Part shown: one piece after another, positions 56,167-64,000 of the stretch
Position numbering within the stretch: the stretch's first letter is position 1
Layout of the letters: each line of letters opens with the position of its first letter
Source: an uncultured virus (IMG/VR IMGVR_UViG_3300002242_000758)
Lineage: Duplodnaviria; Heunggongvirae; Uroviricota; Caudoviricetes
Length of the DNA stretch: 64,000 nt
Strand: one strand, 5' to 3'
IMG/VR virus record: IMGVR_UViG_3300002242_000758
Span: 1-64,000 of that record
Notes under the pieces: generated by a model
What the model was told of the DNA's origin: nothing
What the model saw: the letters and a program-made list of their open reading frames with translations, nothing else
The model's database searches: none
Program-made: the position numbers and the translations under genes

Positions 56167-58467
56167 ATGTCTAGAAAACAAGAAGACATAACTATAAACG
56201 AACTCATAGCGGGTATAGAAAATCTTAATGAATTCATAGACAACTTCAAAGAAAAAGATCCGGATATAAGGATTAAGAATGAATATTTTTCAGCAGCATC
56301 ACTTAACCCTTTTATGGATCATAACTCCAGTCCTAGGGGGATCATGTTCTCTAGTCATATGAGCCAACCAGTTGTTATAGAAGATCCAGACGTGAACATG
56401 GTTCAGTCTGGATTAGAACTAGAGTTTGGCAAGCATACTATAAGTAAATATGTTAAAAAGCCATCAAAGATATTAGGTATGGCTTATAGATATAACATTA
56501 TGGGGCGAAAAAATCTTAAGATAGAAACTACTATCATATATCAGGAAGAAGATAGTGGTATAATCGATGCTATAGAGATACCTAAATATCAAAAATTGCA
56601 TCCCTATTATGGATTTAAGTATAAAACAGATATGCTAGATAAGATATCCATAGGGGATGTTATTACAGAAGATGATAAACTAGCAGTGCCACCAACAAAT
56701 ATCAGTAAAACAGATTATGGTTTTGGGAAAGATTTAAAAATGGTACAGATGACTCATCCTTTAGTCGATGAGGATGGATTTATCATAAGTGAGTCATGCG
56801 CAAAAAAGTTTCAATTCAGCGTGTTCGACACAAGAGTCATAGAGGTGGGAGAAAATAGTTATCTACTAAATTTATATGGCGATGAAGATAACTATAAATC
56901 CCTCCCTGATGTTGGAGAAGAGATACACGAATCTGGAGTAATAGCAGCTGCTAGGAAATATGATAGTAATTTATCTCCTATGCTTATGGGTAAAGAAGAT
57001 GTGAGAAGGTTTAATCCAATCTTTGATTATTGTGTTTATGGTAGGAGGCCTGGTTCTAAAGTTATAGACATCAAAGTCTATAAGAATTGTAAACTAAGAA
57101 AAAGCCTACCTACCGGCACTGATGAAATATGCGAACTCTATCATAAAAGATTGGTAAATTATTATCAACAAATAATCGACATCTATGAAAACATCAAAAA
57201 GTATCATAATAAGCTTTATGGGGAATTAAAAATTGGTAATACTTTACATATCTTGTTAGTAGAAGCCTATGGCATGGTAGAATCTGCTAAAGAAAGAACG
57301 TTACTAAAGAAAAGGTATAGAAAAGACGATTTGGATCTTTATAGAATAGAAATAACAACTGAAACCAGATTTAGCGCTCTAGAGGTAGGGCATAAAATTA
57401 CTGATTGTCATGGCGGTAAAGGCACTATTGTTGCTATTCTCCCAGATGACCAGATGCCTAGAGATAAAGATGGTAATGTTGCTGATATTATAGCAGATCC
57501 AAAATCTACTATTTCTAGGCTTAATATAGGTAGGTTGTATGAAATGTATATTAAGGCATCTATGCTAAGAGTAAACAAAATAGTGAAAGAGGAGGTATTG
57601 AAATATGATAGAGAACTTAATCTAGATAATCTAGATGAAAACCAGATTAGAGAAATATTCTCTATTATATTAAAATTTGTTAAGATACTCGAAAATGAAT
57701 ATAGTCGGGCTTTAGATAAAGTTTTCCATGAAAATAGGATCGAGGATATGGTCTCTATAATAGAGGAAACATTAAAAGATGGAATTAGAGTCTATCTACC
57801 TCTAGATAACGAAAAAAGAAAATACGAAATAGTTAATGATATAGTTAGGTCTAGGTTTAGACCTCTTAATGATCAACTATATTCGGATGCGTCTATGTCT
57901 GAAACTACTGTAGATAAAATTATGATAACGCCTATCTATATGTTTGTTTTAAGTAAAATTCCAGATAATACACTAGCTGCTTCTTCTAGTAAAGTTAACC
58001 ATTTTGGTCTACCAGTATCTGTTAACAAGTTCGATAAATATAGATATCCACATAAAAACTCCCCTAGTAAATTTTTAGGAGAGACTGAGACTAGGATTCT
58101 AACCGCATATACGGACCCTGTCTTTGCAGCAGAAATAAGAAACCGCAATGCTAGTATAGAGGCACATAAAGAAGTCTATCACAATATATTAACAGCCGAT
58201 AAACCGACTAATATAGAACAGCTAGTAGATAGAGAAAAGATAGATTATGATAATGATAAAGGTCTGGAAATATTAAAATCTCTATGGAATAGTATGGGAT
58301 TTGATATTGTTTATGTAGAAGACAAACATCCATATTATTATCCAAGAGAAGAAGACGAGCCATCAGAAATAATTAGTTTGGATCAAGCTGAAGAATTAGA
58401 TATAGAGGCTGATAATAAAATACAAGAGCATAAAAATACGGATGATAAAAAAAATAGAAGAAGATAG
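56167..58467 (+). CDS. non-virion RNA polymerase beta-like subunit (phiKZ gp71-73-like)
   Basis: LNPFMDHNSSPR..MFSSHMSQ, EDGFIISES, GHKITDCHGGKG, RLNIGRLYE, LGETETR; true stop may be 58510 (see findings). Confidence 0.92.
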   Translation: MSRKQEDITINELIAGIENLNEFIDNFKEKDPDIRIKNEYFSAASLNPFMDHNSSPRGIMFSSHMSQPVVIEDPDVNMVQSGLELEFGKHTISKYVKKPSKILGMAYRYNIMGRKNLKIETTIIYQEEDSGIIDAIEIPKYQKLHPYYGFKYKTDMLDKISIGDVITEDDKLAVPPTNISKTDYGFGKDLKMVQMTHPLVDEDGFIISESCAKKFQFSVFDTRVIEVGENSYLLNLYGDEDNYKSLPDVGEEIHESGVIAAARKYDSNLSPMLMGKEDVRRFNPIFDYCVYGRRPGSKVIDIKVYKNCKLRKSLPTGTDEICELYHKRLVNYYQQIIDIYENIKKYHNKLYGELKIGNTLHILLVEAYGMVESAKERTLLKKRYRKDDLDLYRIEITTETRFSALEVGHKITDCHGGKGTIVAILPDDQMPRDKDGNVADIIADPKSTISRLNIGRLYEMYIKASMLRVNKIVKEEVLKYDRELNLDNLDENQIREIFSIILKFVKILENEYSRALDKVFHENRIEDMVSIIEETLKDGIRVYLPLDNEKRKYEIVNDIVRSRFRPLNDQLYSDASMSETTVDKIMITPIYMFVLSKIPDNTLAASSSKVNHFGLPVSVNKFDKYRYPHKNSPSKFLGETETRILTAYTDPVFAAEIRNRNASIEAHKEVYHNILTADKPTNIEQLVDREKIDYDNDKGLEILKSLWNSMGFDIVYVEDKHPYYYPREEDEPSEIISLDQAEELDIEADNKIQEHKNTDDKKNRRR

Positions 58468-58520
58468 TTCAGATAATGATAGCTGTGATATAGATAGCGA
58501 AACAGAATAGGAGGGTAAAC

Positions 58521-60572
58521 ATGGTTAGTATACAAAATCTCTTTAAATTAGATTTAGATCGTATAACCGAGCTTAGATCTAATCTTAACCTAAAGTTCGA
58601 CGATGGTGTTATAGTATATAATGCTAGCTTTAAAAAGATAATATTATTTAGGTATTTATTAGACTTCGTACCTAAATATAATCTTGCTATAACATCAGAT
58701 TTATGGATAGACCATTATCTCAAGAATGGTCTATTTACTAATAAAGTATATCTAAGTATATATAGTAAAATATTTAGAAAAGTTGTAAAGCATGATATAA
58801 AAGTAAATAAAAGCAATAAAATTATGCATCAGCTTTTACAGGATATGTATAAAGCTATAACTAAAATAAATTCTAAATTAGTATATAAGATACTTAGATA
58901 CGCTATTTCTACTAATATAACTGATATTTTGGCTATACAGTATAATAGAGAGTTATTAGAAGCTTTAGCGATGTCTAATAAAGAAAAGACACCGCATGCT
59001 GTATCGCATACATATGATATATTAGATAAAATCATTAAAGATAAAAAATATAAAAGTAATCCAATACAACTGTTTTATTCGTCTGGAATTGTTAGTGTAA
59101 GCCAAATAAAACAGTTGCTGGGTAGCAGAGGATTCGTTACTGAGGTTAATAGTAGAGTATTTAGTACCCCTATGACGAATAGTTTCACTCTAGGATTTAA
59201 AAATATAATAGATGCCACCGTTGAATCTAGAGCTGGAGCTAAAGCTCTACTACTTTCAACAGACGCTATAAGGGCTTCTGAATATATGTCTAGGGAACTA
59301 CAACTAGCTACTATGCCAATTAAGAGTATACATATTGGGGACTGTGGTAAACCTGGCTATAGATCATTCTATGTTAAACCACCAGAATTCGATGAGGATG
59401 GTAAACTCACATATGCTGGAGATCTACCATTCCTTGTTGGCAAAAGATATAAACTATCTAGCCATGATGAAGAAAAAGTTATACAGGGCAATGAAAAACA
59501 CTTAATAGGCAAGTTTATCCTTCTAAGATTTTCTCCTTTATGTGGCCTTGCAGATAAGCATAAAATTTGTACTGCTTGTATAGGAGAAATAGGAGAGACA
59601 ATATTTCCACATCAAAATTTAGGCAATCTAGCTACGGTAAACTATACCTCTAGACAGACTCAATCATTATTGAGCGCTAAGCATTTATTAAAGTCAGTAG
59701 TCGCTTCTGCTGTAGTATTACCATCAGTAACTAAAAAATATCTTTTAGTTAGAAATAGCGGTGATGGGGATGTTAAAGGAAGCGTGTTCTTTAAAGCTAA
59801 TGTTATTAATAAAAAGAAAAAGAAAGCGTATATTAAAATTCTCCAAAGAGAGGCATGGGGGTTAGATATAGTCACTAAGGTTAAAGATGTGTTGTCTCTT
59901 AATATCACTAAGATATCTAGACTATCAAAAATATATCTTCTATATAAAGATGGTAATAAAGTAGAAGAGATAGAACTTCCTTTAAAAGTTGGTAATAGGT
60001 GGGCTAGATTATCTTTATATATGCTATCCCATATTATGAAATATGGGTATGAGGTTTTTGATGAAGATTATTATATTATAGATCTAAGTAATTTCAATCC
60101 TAAATCCCCAATACTAAAGTATGATGAAGTGGAATTTGATTATTCTGCCCTAGGGAAGGAATTTAAGAAATTACTTAAGACTAGAAAGTATAAATATGTA
60201 AGGGTTAATAATACTAAAAAAATAAGATCCGAGTTTACTGTAGATGTTTTAGTGCAAAGAATGTTTGACCTAGTTAATAAAAAGCTAGGTATTAATATAG
60301 CACTACTTGAAGTTATGGCGTATGCATTTACGGCTCAAAACTTGAGTGAACTAAATTATGATCTTGGCCGTAATGCTGCAACTCATGATGTTATAGGTTT
60401 TAAAGAAGCCATCAATTTCAGAAGTATAGGTGGATCATATGGTTGGGACGATCTTTTAAGAAAGGTATTAGACCCAATGAGTTATTTAGAAGATAATAAA
60501 CCAGACCATCCTATGGATGTACGGTTTGCACCTCGAGAGGTAGTGGATAAATATCTTAAGAGTCAACAGTAA
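58521..60572 (+). CDS. non-virion RNA polymerase beta'-like subunit (phiKZ gp74-like)
   Basis: QLLGSRGFVTE, ESRAGAKAL..SEYMSRELQL bridge helix, GDCG, R.P..C....IC.AC.G zinc site, TQSLLSAKH trigger loop. Confidence 0.92.
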   Translation: MVSIQNLFKLDLDRITELRSNLNLKFDDGVIVYNASFKKIILFRYLLDFVPKYNLAITSDLWIDHYLKNGLFTNKVYLSIYSKIFRKVVKHDIKVNKSNKIMHQLLQDMYKAITKINSKLVYKILRYAISTNITDILAIQYNRELLEALAMSNKEKTPHAVSHTYDILDKIIKDKKYKSNPIQLFYSSGIVSVSQIKQLLGSRGFVTEVNSRVFSTPMTNSFTLGFKNIIDATVESRAGAKALLLSTDAIRASEYMSRELQLATMPIKSIHIGDCGKPGYRSFYVKPPEFDEDGKLTYAGDLPFLVGKRYKLSSHDEEKVIQGNEKHLIGKFILLRFSPLCGLADKHKICTACIGEIGETIFPHQNLGNLATVNYTSRQTQSLLSAKHLLKSVVASAVVLPSVTKKYLLVRNSGDGDVKGSVFFKANVINKKKKKAYIKILQREAWGLDIVTKVKDVLSLNITKISRLSKIYLLYKDGNKVEEIELPLKVGNRWARLSLYMLSHIMKYGYEVFDEDYYIIDLSNFNPKSPILKYDEVEFDYSALGKEFKKLLKTRKYKYVRVNNTKKIRSEFTVDVLVQRMFDLVNKKLGINIALLEVMAYAFTAQNLSELNYDLGRNAATHDVIGFKEAINFRSIGGSYGWDDLLRKVLDPMSYLEDNKPDHPMDVRFAPREVVDKYLKSQQ

Positions 60573-60603
60573 GGATTTCCTTACTGTTACTGTTTCTTTT
60601 TTT
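60564..60603 (+). terminator. terminator overlapping the stop codon
   Basis: AACAGTAAGG..CCTTACTGTT followed by a T run. Confidence 0.7.
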
Positions 60604-60637
60604 CGTTACATTGAAATTAAAATAGTAAAGGCATCCC

Positions 60638-61027
60638 ATGAATAAACCAAGAGATCAAGAAACAGAATTTGAGCGACTTGAAGATAGCATTTTGAATTAT
60701 AGACGGGTCTTATTTATCGCTCTTTCATTTATATTAGGTTCTATGACTACTTTTATTGCAACACTGGTGTGGATTAATTTTTCTTCGTTTAATATTAGGC
60801 ATATTTTATTTTTGATGGGAACAGTAGTAACTCTGTTATTGGTTAAAGTGGTGTACTGCATATATCGGCAAGAAAAAATGCTGGCTTATATAAATAAATA
60901 TAATACCTCCACGGGTACTGATAAAATAAAATATTTTTTTAAAATATTATTTCAAATAACCTTTTCGTTTCCTAAATATAAAAATACAGTTTTTGATCAT
61001 GAAAAATTTAATAATAAAAAGGATTGA
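60638..61027 (+). CDS. two-pass membrane protein
   Basis: 129 aa, two hydrophobic segments. Confidence 0.7.
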   Translation: MNKPRDQETEFERLEDSILNYRRVLFIALSFILGSMTTFIATLVWINFSSFNIRHILFLMGTVVTLLLVKVVYCIYRQEKMLAYINKYNTSTGTDKIKYFFKILFQITFSFPKYKNTVFDHEKFNNKKD

Positions 61028-61028
61028 T

Positions 61029-61502
61029 ATGAGTATATTAGAAAGGACTATTTATAAACATATAGAAAAACATGGAATGCGGGATGCAACATCGTTATTT
61101 ACTTTTATTAAATATGATGTTAAAAAAATTATGATTAAAGCAGTTGTAACACTATTTTTAATATATTCATTACTCCTTATATGGTATACGTTCTTTAGTT
61201 TTCGAGAATATTTTAATATGACTATTATTACGACGGCTTTAATACTATTTGAAACATATTTTATACTGCGTAAACTTTTTTTAGCATATAATGTTTTTAA
61301 ATTAACAAATAAATATGAGGAGGAAATACATAAAATATTATCTAATAAATTATTAGCTCCAGAAAATAAAAAAGCCTTGCTTATAAGGCAGATCAAAAAT
61401 TTTTGTTATAATCTTTCTAAAAAAATAGAGGTCAGACCTATAGTTGTAATTAACACAATTTTGGCAAAAAATACTCGTGATTTAAATATACTACTCTCAT
61501 AA
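61029..61502 (+). CDS. two-pass membrane protein
   Basis: Start moved to ATG 61029 (AAAGGA RBS), 157 aa, two hydrophobic segments. Confidence 0.7.
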   Translation: MSILERTIYKHIEKHGMRDATSLFTFIKYDVKKIMIKAVVTLFLIYSLLLIWYTFFSFREYFNMTIITTALILFETYFILRKLFLAYNVFKLTNKYEEEIHKILSNKLLAPENKKALLIRQIKNFCYNLSKKIEVRPIVVINTILAKNTRDLNILLS

Positions 61503-61591
61503 TAGAGAGTAGTATAGATTTAGATATTTTTTTAGTTTAGATTATTTTAAAAAGATTTTATATAAGCTTTTTTTCATTAATTTTTTATGCA

Positions 61592-61613
61592 TATATTACT
61601 TATATGAAGGCTT
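61592..61613 (+). promoter_or_regulatory. phage early-type promoter
   Basis: T tract + TATATTAC-TT-ATATGAAGGCTT. Confidence 0.8.
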
Positions 61614-61643
61614 GATCGTAATTAAAAAGATAAGGGAGGATAT

Positions 61644-63197
61644 ATGATATATATAGATGTATATCGACAATATATAACAGTAACTTCTGTATTATTTTCA
61701 AAATTGTTATTTATGTTGTACGACTTTAATAAGAGTTTAACAACTTTTAAGTTAACTTCTACTAAAGGGCCTAGTAGATTTAGTAAACCTAGGATAGTTT
61801 CTGCAGAAGATAAACAGTTTTATGTAATAGAAACAGAAAATATTGGTAACCCCAACAAGAAGAATTTAATTAGATATGCTATAGGATCATTAGACCCTCT
61901 TATAGAATATCTTAAATCTAAAGGAGTTGAAGAAAAAGATATTAAAATAAGGAAACATGAATATCCAGTATATGATACATATCCTATAGAAATTAATCCT
62001 AAATTTACCCCTAGGTCATATCAGAAAAAATATATAGAAAAAATTGTTAGTTGGGATGGTAATAGTATTTTAGTAGACTTACAGACTGGTATGGGTAAAA
62101 CTTTTATAGCCATGGCGTCTATAAGTCGTATGCAAAAAAGATTTGGCATATTAGTTTTGCCAAGATATATAGATAAATGGATAGGTGATGTCACAAGTTT
62201 GACAAACATAAAGAAAGATGAAATTTTAGTTTTACAAGGTTCTAAATCTATATTAAAAATGTTTATGATGTCTGAGGATGAGATTTTAAAATATAAAGCA
62301 GTTATACTAAGTCTAAAAAGTATATCATTATTTATAAAAGAATATTTATTAGAGGATACTTATTCTGAAGAAGGAATAACACCAGAAAGACTATTTGAAC
62401 TCCTTCAATTGGAAGTTATTATAAGTGATGAGGTACACCAGGAATTTCATAATGTTTTTAAAGTTATGTTGTATAGTAATATTAGACTGTTTATAGGTTT
62501 AACCGCTACATTAACTAGTAAAAATTCTAGATTAGAAAAAATGTATCATATATTGTTTCCAGAAACGAATCGTATATCTAATATAGTTCCTTATAATAAA
62601 TATATATCTGTATTTTCAGTCAGATATAGTTTTAAAAATAAAAGGCATATAAGATATAAAACCGCTTTTGGTTATAGCCAGCCAATATTCGAAACATCTA
62701 TTTTAAAACATAGTGTTATAAGGACTAATTATTTTAATATGCTAAGAGTATTTTTAGAAAAAGCATATTTGAAAAGAAGAAAAGAAGGGGATAAGGTATT
62801 AGTATTTATGAGAACTATAGATATGTGCCGAGCCTTTATAGAATTTCTAAAAAGCCTAACGACATTTGATGGTTGTGTTATTAGTAAGTATACTGAGGAA
62901 GATGATTATGATGTTTTATTTAGCAGTGATATAATAGTATCTACATTAGGTAGTGCAGGAACAGCTGTCGATATACCTAATTTAATAGCAGTTTTACAGA
63001 CAGATAATATAGATTCTGTTCAGAGTAACATACAATCATTAGGTAGATTAAGAGAAATAAAAGGTAGAAATGTTTATTTCATATATTTTTGGACCTCTGA
63101 TATTCCAGCCCATAAAATATATAATAGAAATAGGCATAAACTGTTTTCATCAAGAGTTAAATCCATTACATCGGTAGACTACCTAAGTTTGATCTAG
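61644..63197 (+). CDS. superfamily 2 (DExH) helicase (phiKZ gp75-like)
   Basis: PRSYQ, LQTGMGKT, DEVHQ, GLTAT, SAGTAVDIP, QSLGRLR. Confidence 0.92.
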   Translation: MIYIDVYRQYITVTSVLFSKLLFMLYDFNKSLTTFKLTSTKGPSRFSKPRIVSAEDKQFYVIETENIGNPNKKNLIRYAIGSLDPLIEYLKSKGVEEKDIKIRKHEYPVYDTYPIEINPKFTPRSYQKKYIEKIVSWDGNSILVDLQTGMGKTFIAMASISRMQKRFGILVLPRYIDKWIGDVTSLTNIKKDEILVLQGSKSILKMFMMSEDEILKYKAVILSLKSISLFIKEYLLEDTYSEEGITPERLFELLQLEVIISDEVHQEFHNVFKVMLYSNIRLFIGLTATLTSKNSRLEKMYHILFPETNRISNIVPYNKYISVFSVRYSFKNKRHIRYKTAFGYSQPIFETSILKHSVIRTNYFNMLRVFLEKAYLKRRKEGDKVLVFMRTIDMCRAFIEFLKSLTTFDGCVISKYTEEDDYDVLFSSDIIVSTLGSAGTAVDIPNLIAVLQTDNIDSVQSNIQSLGRLREIKGRNVYFIYFWTSDIPAHKIYNRNRHKLFSSRVKSITSVDYLSLI

Positions 63198-63252
63198 TTA
63201 GAATATGTTTTATAGAAACAAACCCTATATAATAAAAAAATAAGGAGAAAAA

Positions 63253-63549
63253 ATGAGCAGAGTAATAGATCCAATTTTTTCTAATATAATAGATGAGATA
63301 ATAGAAGATGATATTAATGACTATATGGAGGATTTAGTTTTTTACATGACATTTAATAAAAGATTACACAGAATAGAGTTAGAAAAACTGGACACGAAGA
63401 TCGGTAATGATAAGATTAAAGTTACTGTTGATGATAAGAATGGAGCTATAAATATAGAATTAAACGGTATAGATAATATATTCGTATTTAGCAATACTGC
63501 CAAAAATGGATACTATTATCTATTAAAAGTTATAGAAAAAAAGGATTAA
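63253..63549 (+). CDS. hypothetical protein
   Basis: 98 aa, AAGGAG RBS. Confidence 0.7.
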   Translation: MSRVIDPIFSNIIDEIIEDDINDYMEDLVFYMTFNKRLHRIELEKLDTKIGNDKIKVTVDDKNGAINIELNGIDNIFVFSNTAKNGYYYLLKVIEKKD

Positions 63550-63550
63550 G

Positions 63551-63901
63551 ATGCATAGTACAGAAGATATAGTTTTTAACATAATGATGGGTGCTGTTAT
63601 CAGCATGGCTATATTTTCATTTGTAAATGAATATGAGAATTTATTCATATGCCGACTTAAAGCTTTATTAAAGTTTTATAAAGACGAAGGAATAGGTTTT
63701 AATGATCGTGAGATTTATAAATATAGATGTCAGATAAAGTATTATAATTCCAAGATAGAAAGTTTAAATTTAATACCTTATCTTAATGTCTTATTAACCA
63801 TAGTATTTCTCACTATTATAATATTTTATCTTGCCAAACTTTTACTGTNTTTTTATAGAAGTAAAAAGAGATTAAATTTTAATTCNATGTTTAGGAACTG
63901 A
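63551..63901 (+). CDS. two-pass membrane protein
   Basis: 116 aa, AAGGA RBS, two hydrophobic segments. Confidence 0.65.
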   Translation: MHSTEDIVFNIMMGAVISMAIFSFVNEYENLFICRLKALLKFYKDEGIGFNDREIYKYRCQIKYYNSKIESLNLIPYLNVLLTIVFLTIIIFYLAKLLLXFYRSKKRLNFNXMFRN

Positions 63902-63917
63902 GTANNTACTCAGTTCC
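63894..63917 (+). terminator. terminator hairpin overlapping the stop codon
   Basis: GGAACTGAGTA-NN-TACTCAGTTCC. Confidence 0.7.
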
Positions 63918-63936
63918 TTCAAATATTTTTTACCTA

Positions 63937-63963
63937 TATATAACTTATATGAGGCTTGGGCTT
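63937..63963 (+). promoter_or_regulatory. phage early-type promoter
   Basis: T tract + TATATAAC-TT-ATATGAGGC-TTGG-GCTT. Confidence 0.8.
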
Positions 63964-63990
63964 TAAATAAATAGAGAAAAAGGAGGAATT

Positions 63991-64000
63991 ATGGCAGCTA
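63991..64000 (+). CDS. start of a gene truncated by the window edge
   Basis: AGGAGG RBS, ATG at 63991, early promoter upstream. Confidence 0.7.

Noticed and set aside
56167..60572. Introns or inteins in the RNAP, polymerase or helicase genes (common in this phage group)
   Set aside because: The ORFs are continuous and of ordinary length; no C..HN intein ends or homing endonuclease motifs were seen.
938..62209. Many 60-240 aa ORFs antisense to long genes (e.g. 938-1327, 2259-2732, 13634-14011, 35919-36647, 46412-46918, 53617-53988)
   Set aside because: Shadow frames with Ser/Leu/Phe/Ile-rich composition mirroring the sense codons; no RBS; overlap well-supported genes.
1..64000. Stop-codon reassignment
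   Set aside because: Code 11 gives dense full-length ORFs; TAA, TAG and TGA all occur at plausible gene ends.
1..64000. CRISPR array, tRNA, rRNA, transposase or DGR
   Set aside because: No regularly spaced repeats, cloverleaf, reverse transcriptase or transposase motifs were seen by eye; the recurring ~27-nt element is dispersed and promoter-positioned.

Overview
This window is a fragment of a very AT-rich (judged by eye) phiKZ-related jumbo phage genome, most likely a nucleus-forming Chimalliviridae-type phage. It uses the standard genetic code and has dense coding. Virion genes: tail tube and sheath, portal, baseplate and neck proteins, and an expanded inner-head protein array. Replication and transcription genes: UvsX/RecA, a virion RNAP beta C-terminal subunit, a B-family DNA polymerase, a dNMP kinase, an SbcD nuclease, three non-virion RNAP subunits and an SF2 helicase. 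Phage-nucleus genes: a chimallin-like shell gene plus candidate ChmB, ChmC and PicA/Imp1 homologs. All family assignments rest on recalled motifs, size and synteny; no database search was run. Reading the non-coding DNA directly reveals two promoter-like classes. The first is about 10 copies of an extended early element, T-tract..TATAT(T/A/C)AC-NN-ATATGAG, usually followed by a mini-hairpin. The second is 13 copies of TTGAAA lying 13-27 nt before start codons of mostly structural genes, a candidate late promoter unlike phiKZ TATG. Other observations: a collapsed remnant of an inner-head paralog, a virion protein with a dead HExxH motif, a probable A8 frameshift at the end of the RNAP beta gene, and terminator hairpins built around stop codons. 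No tRNA, rRNA, CRISPR array, intein or mobile element was recognised.
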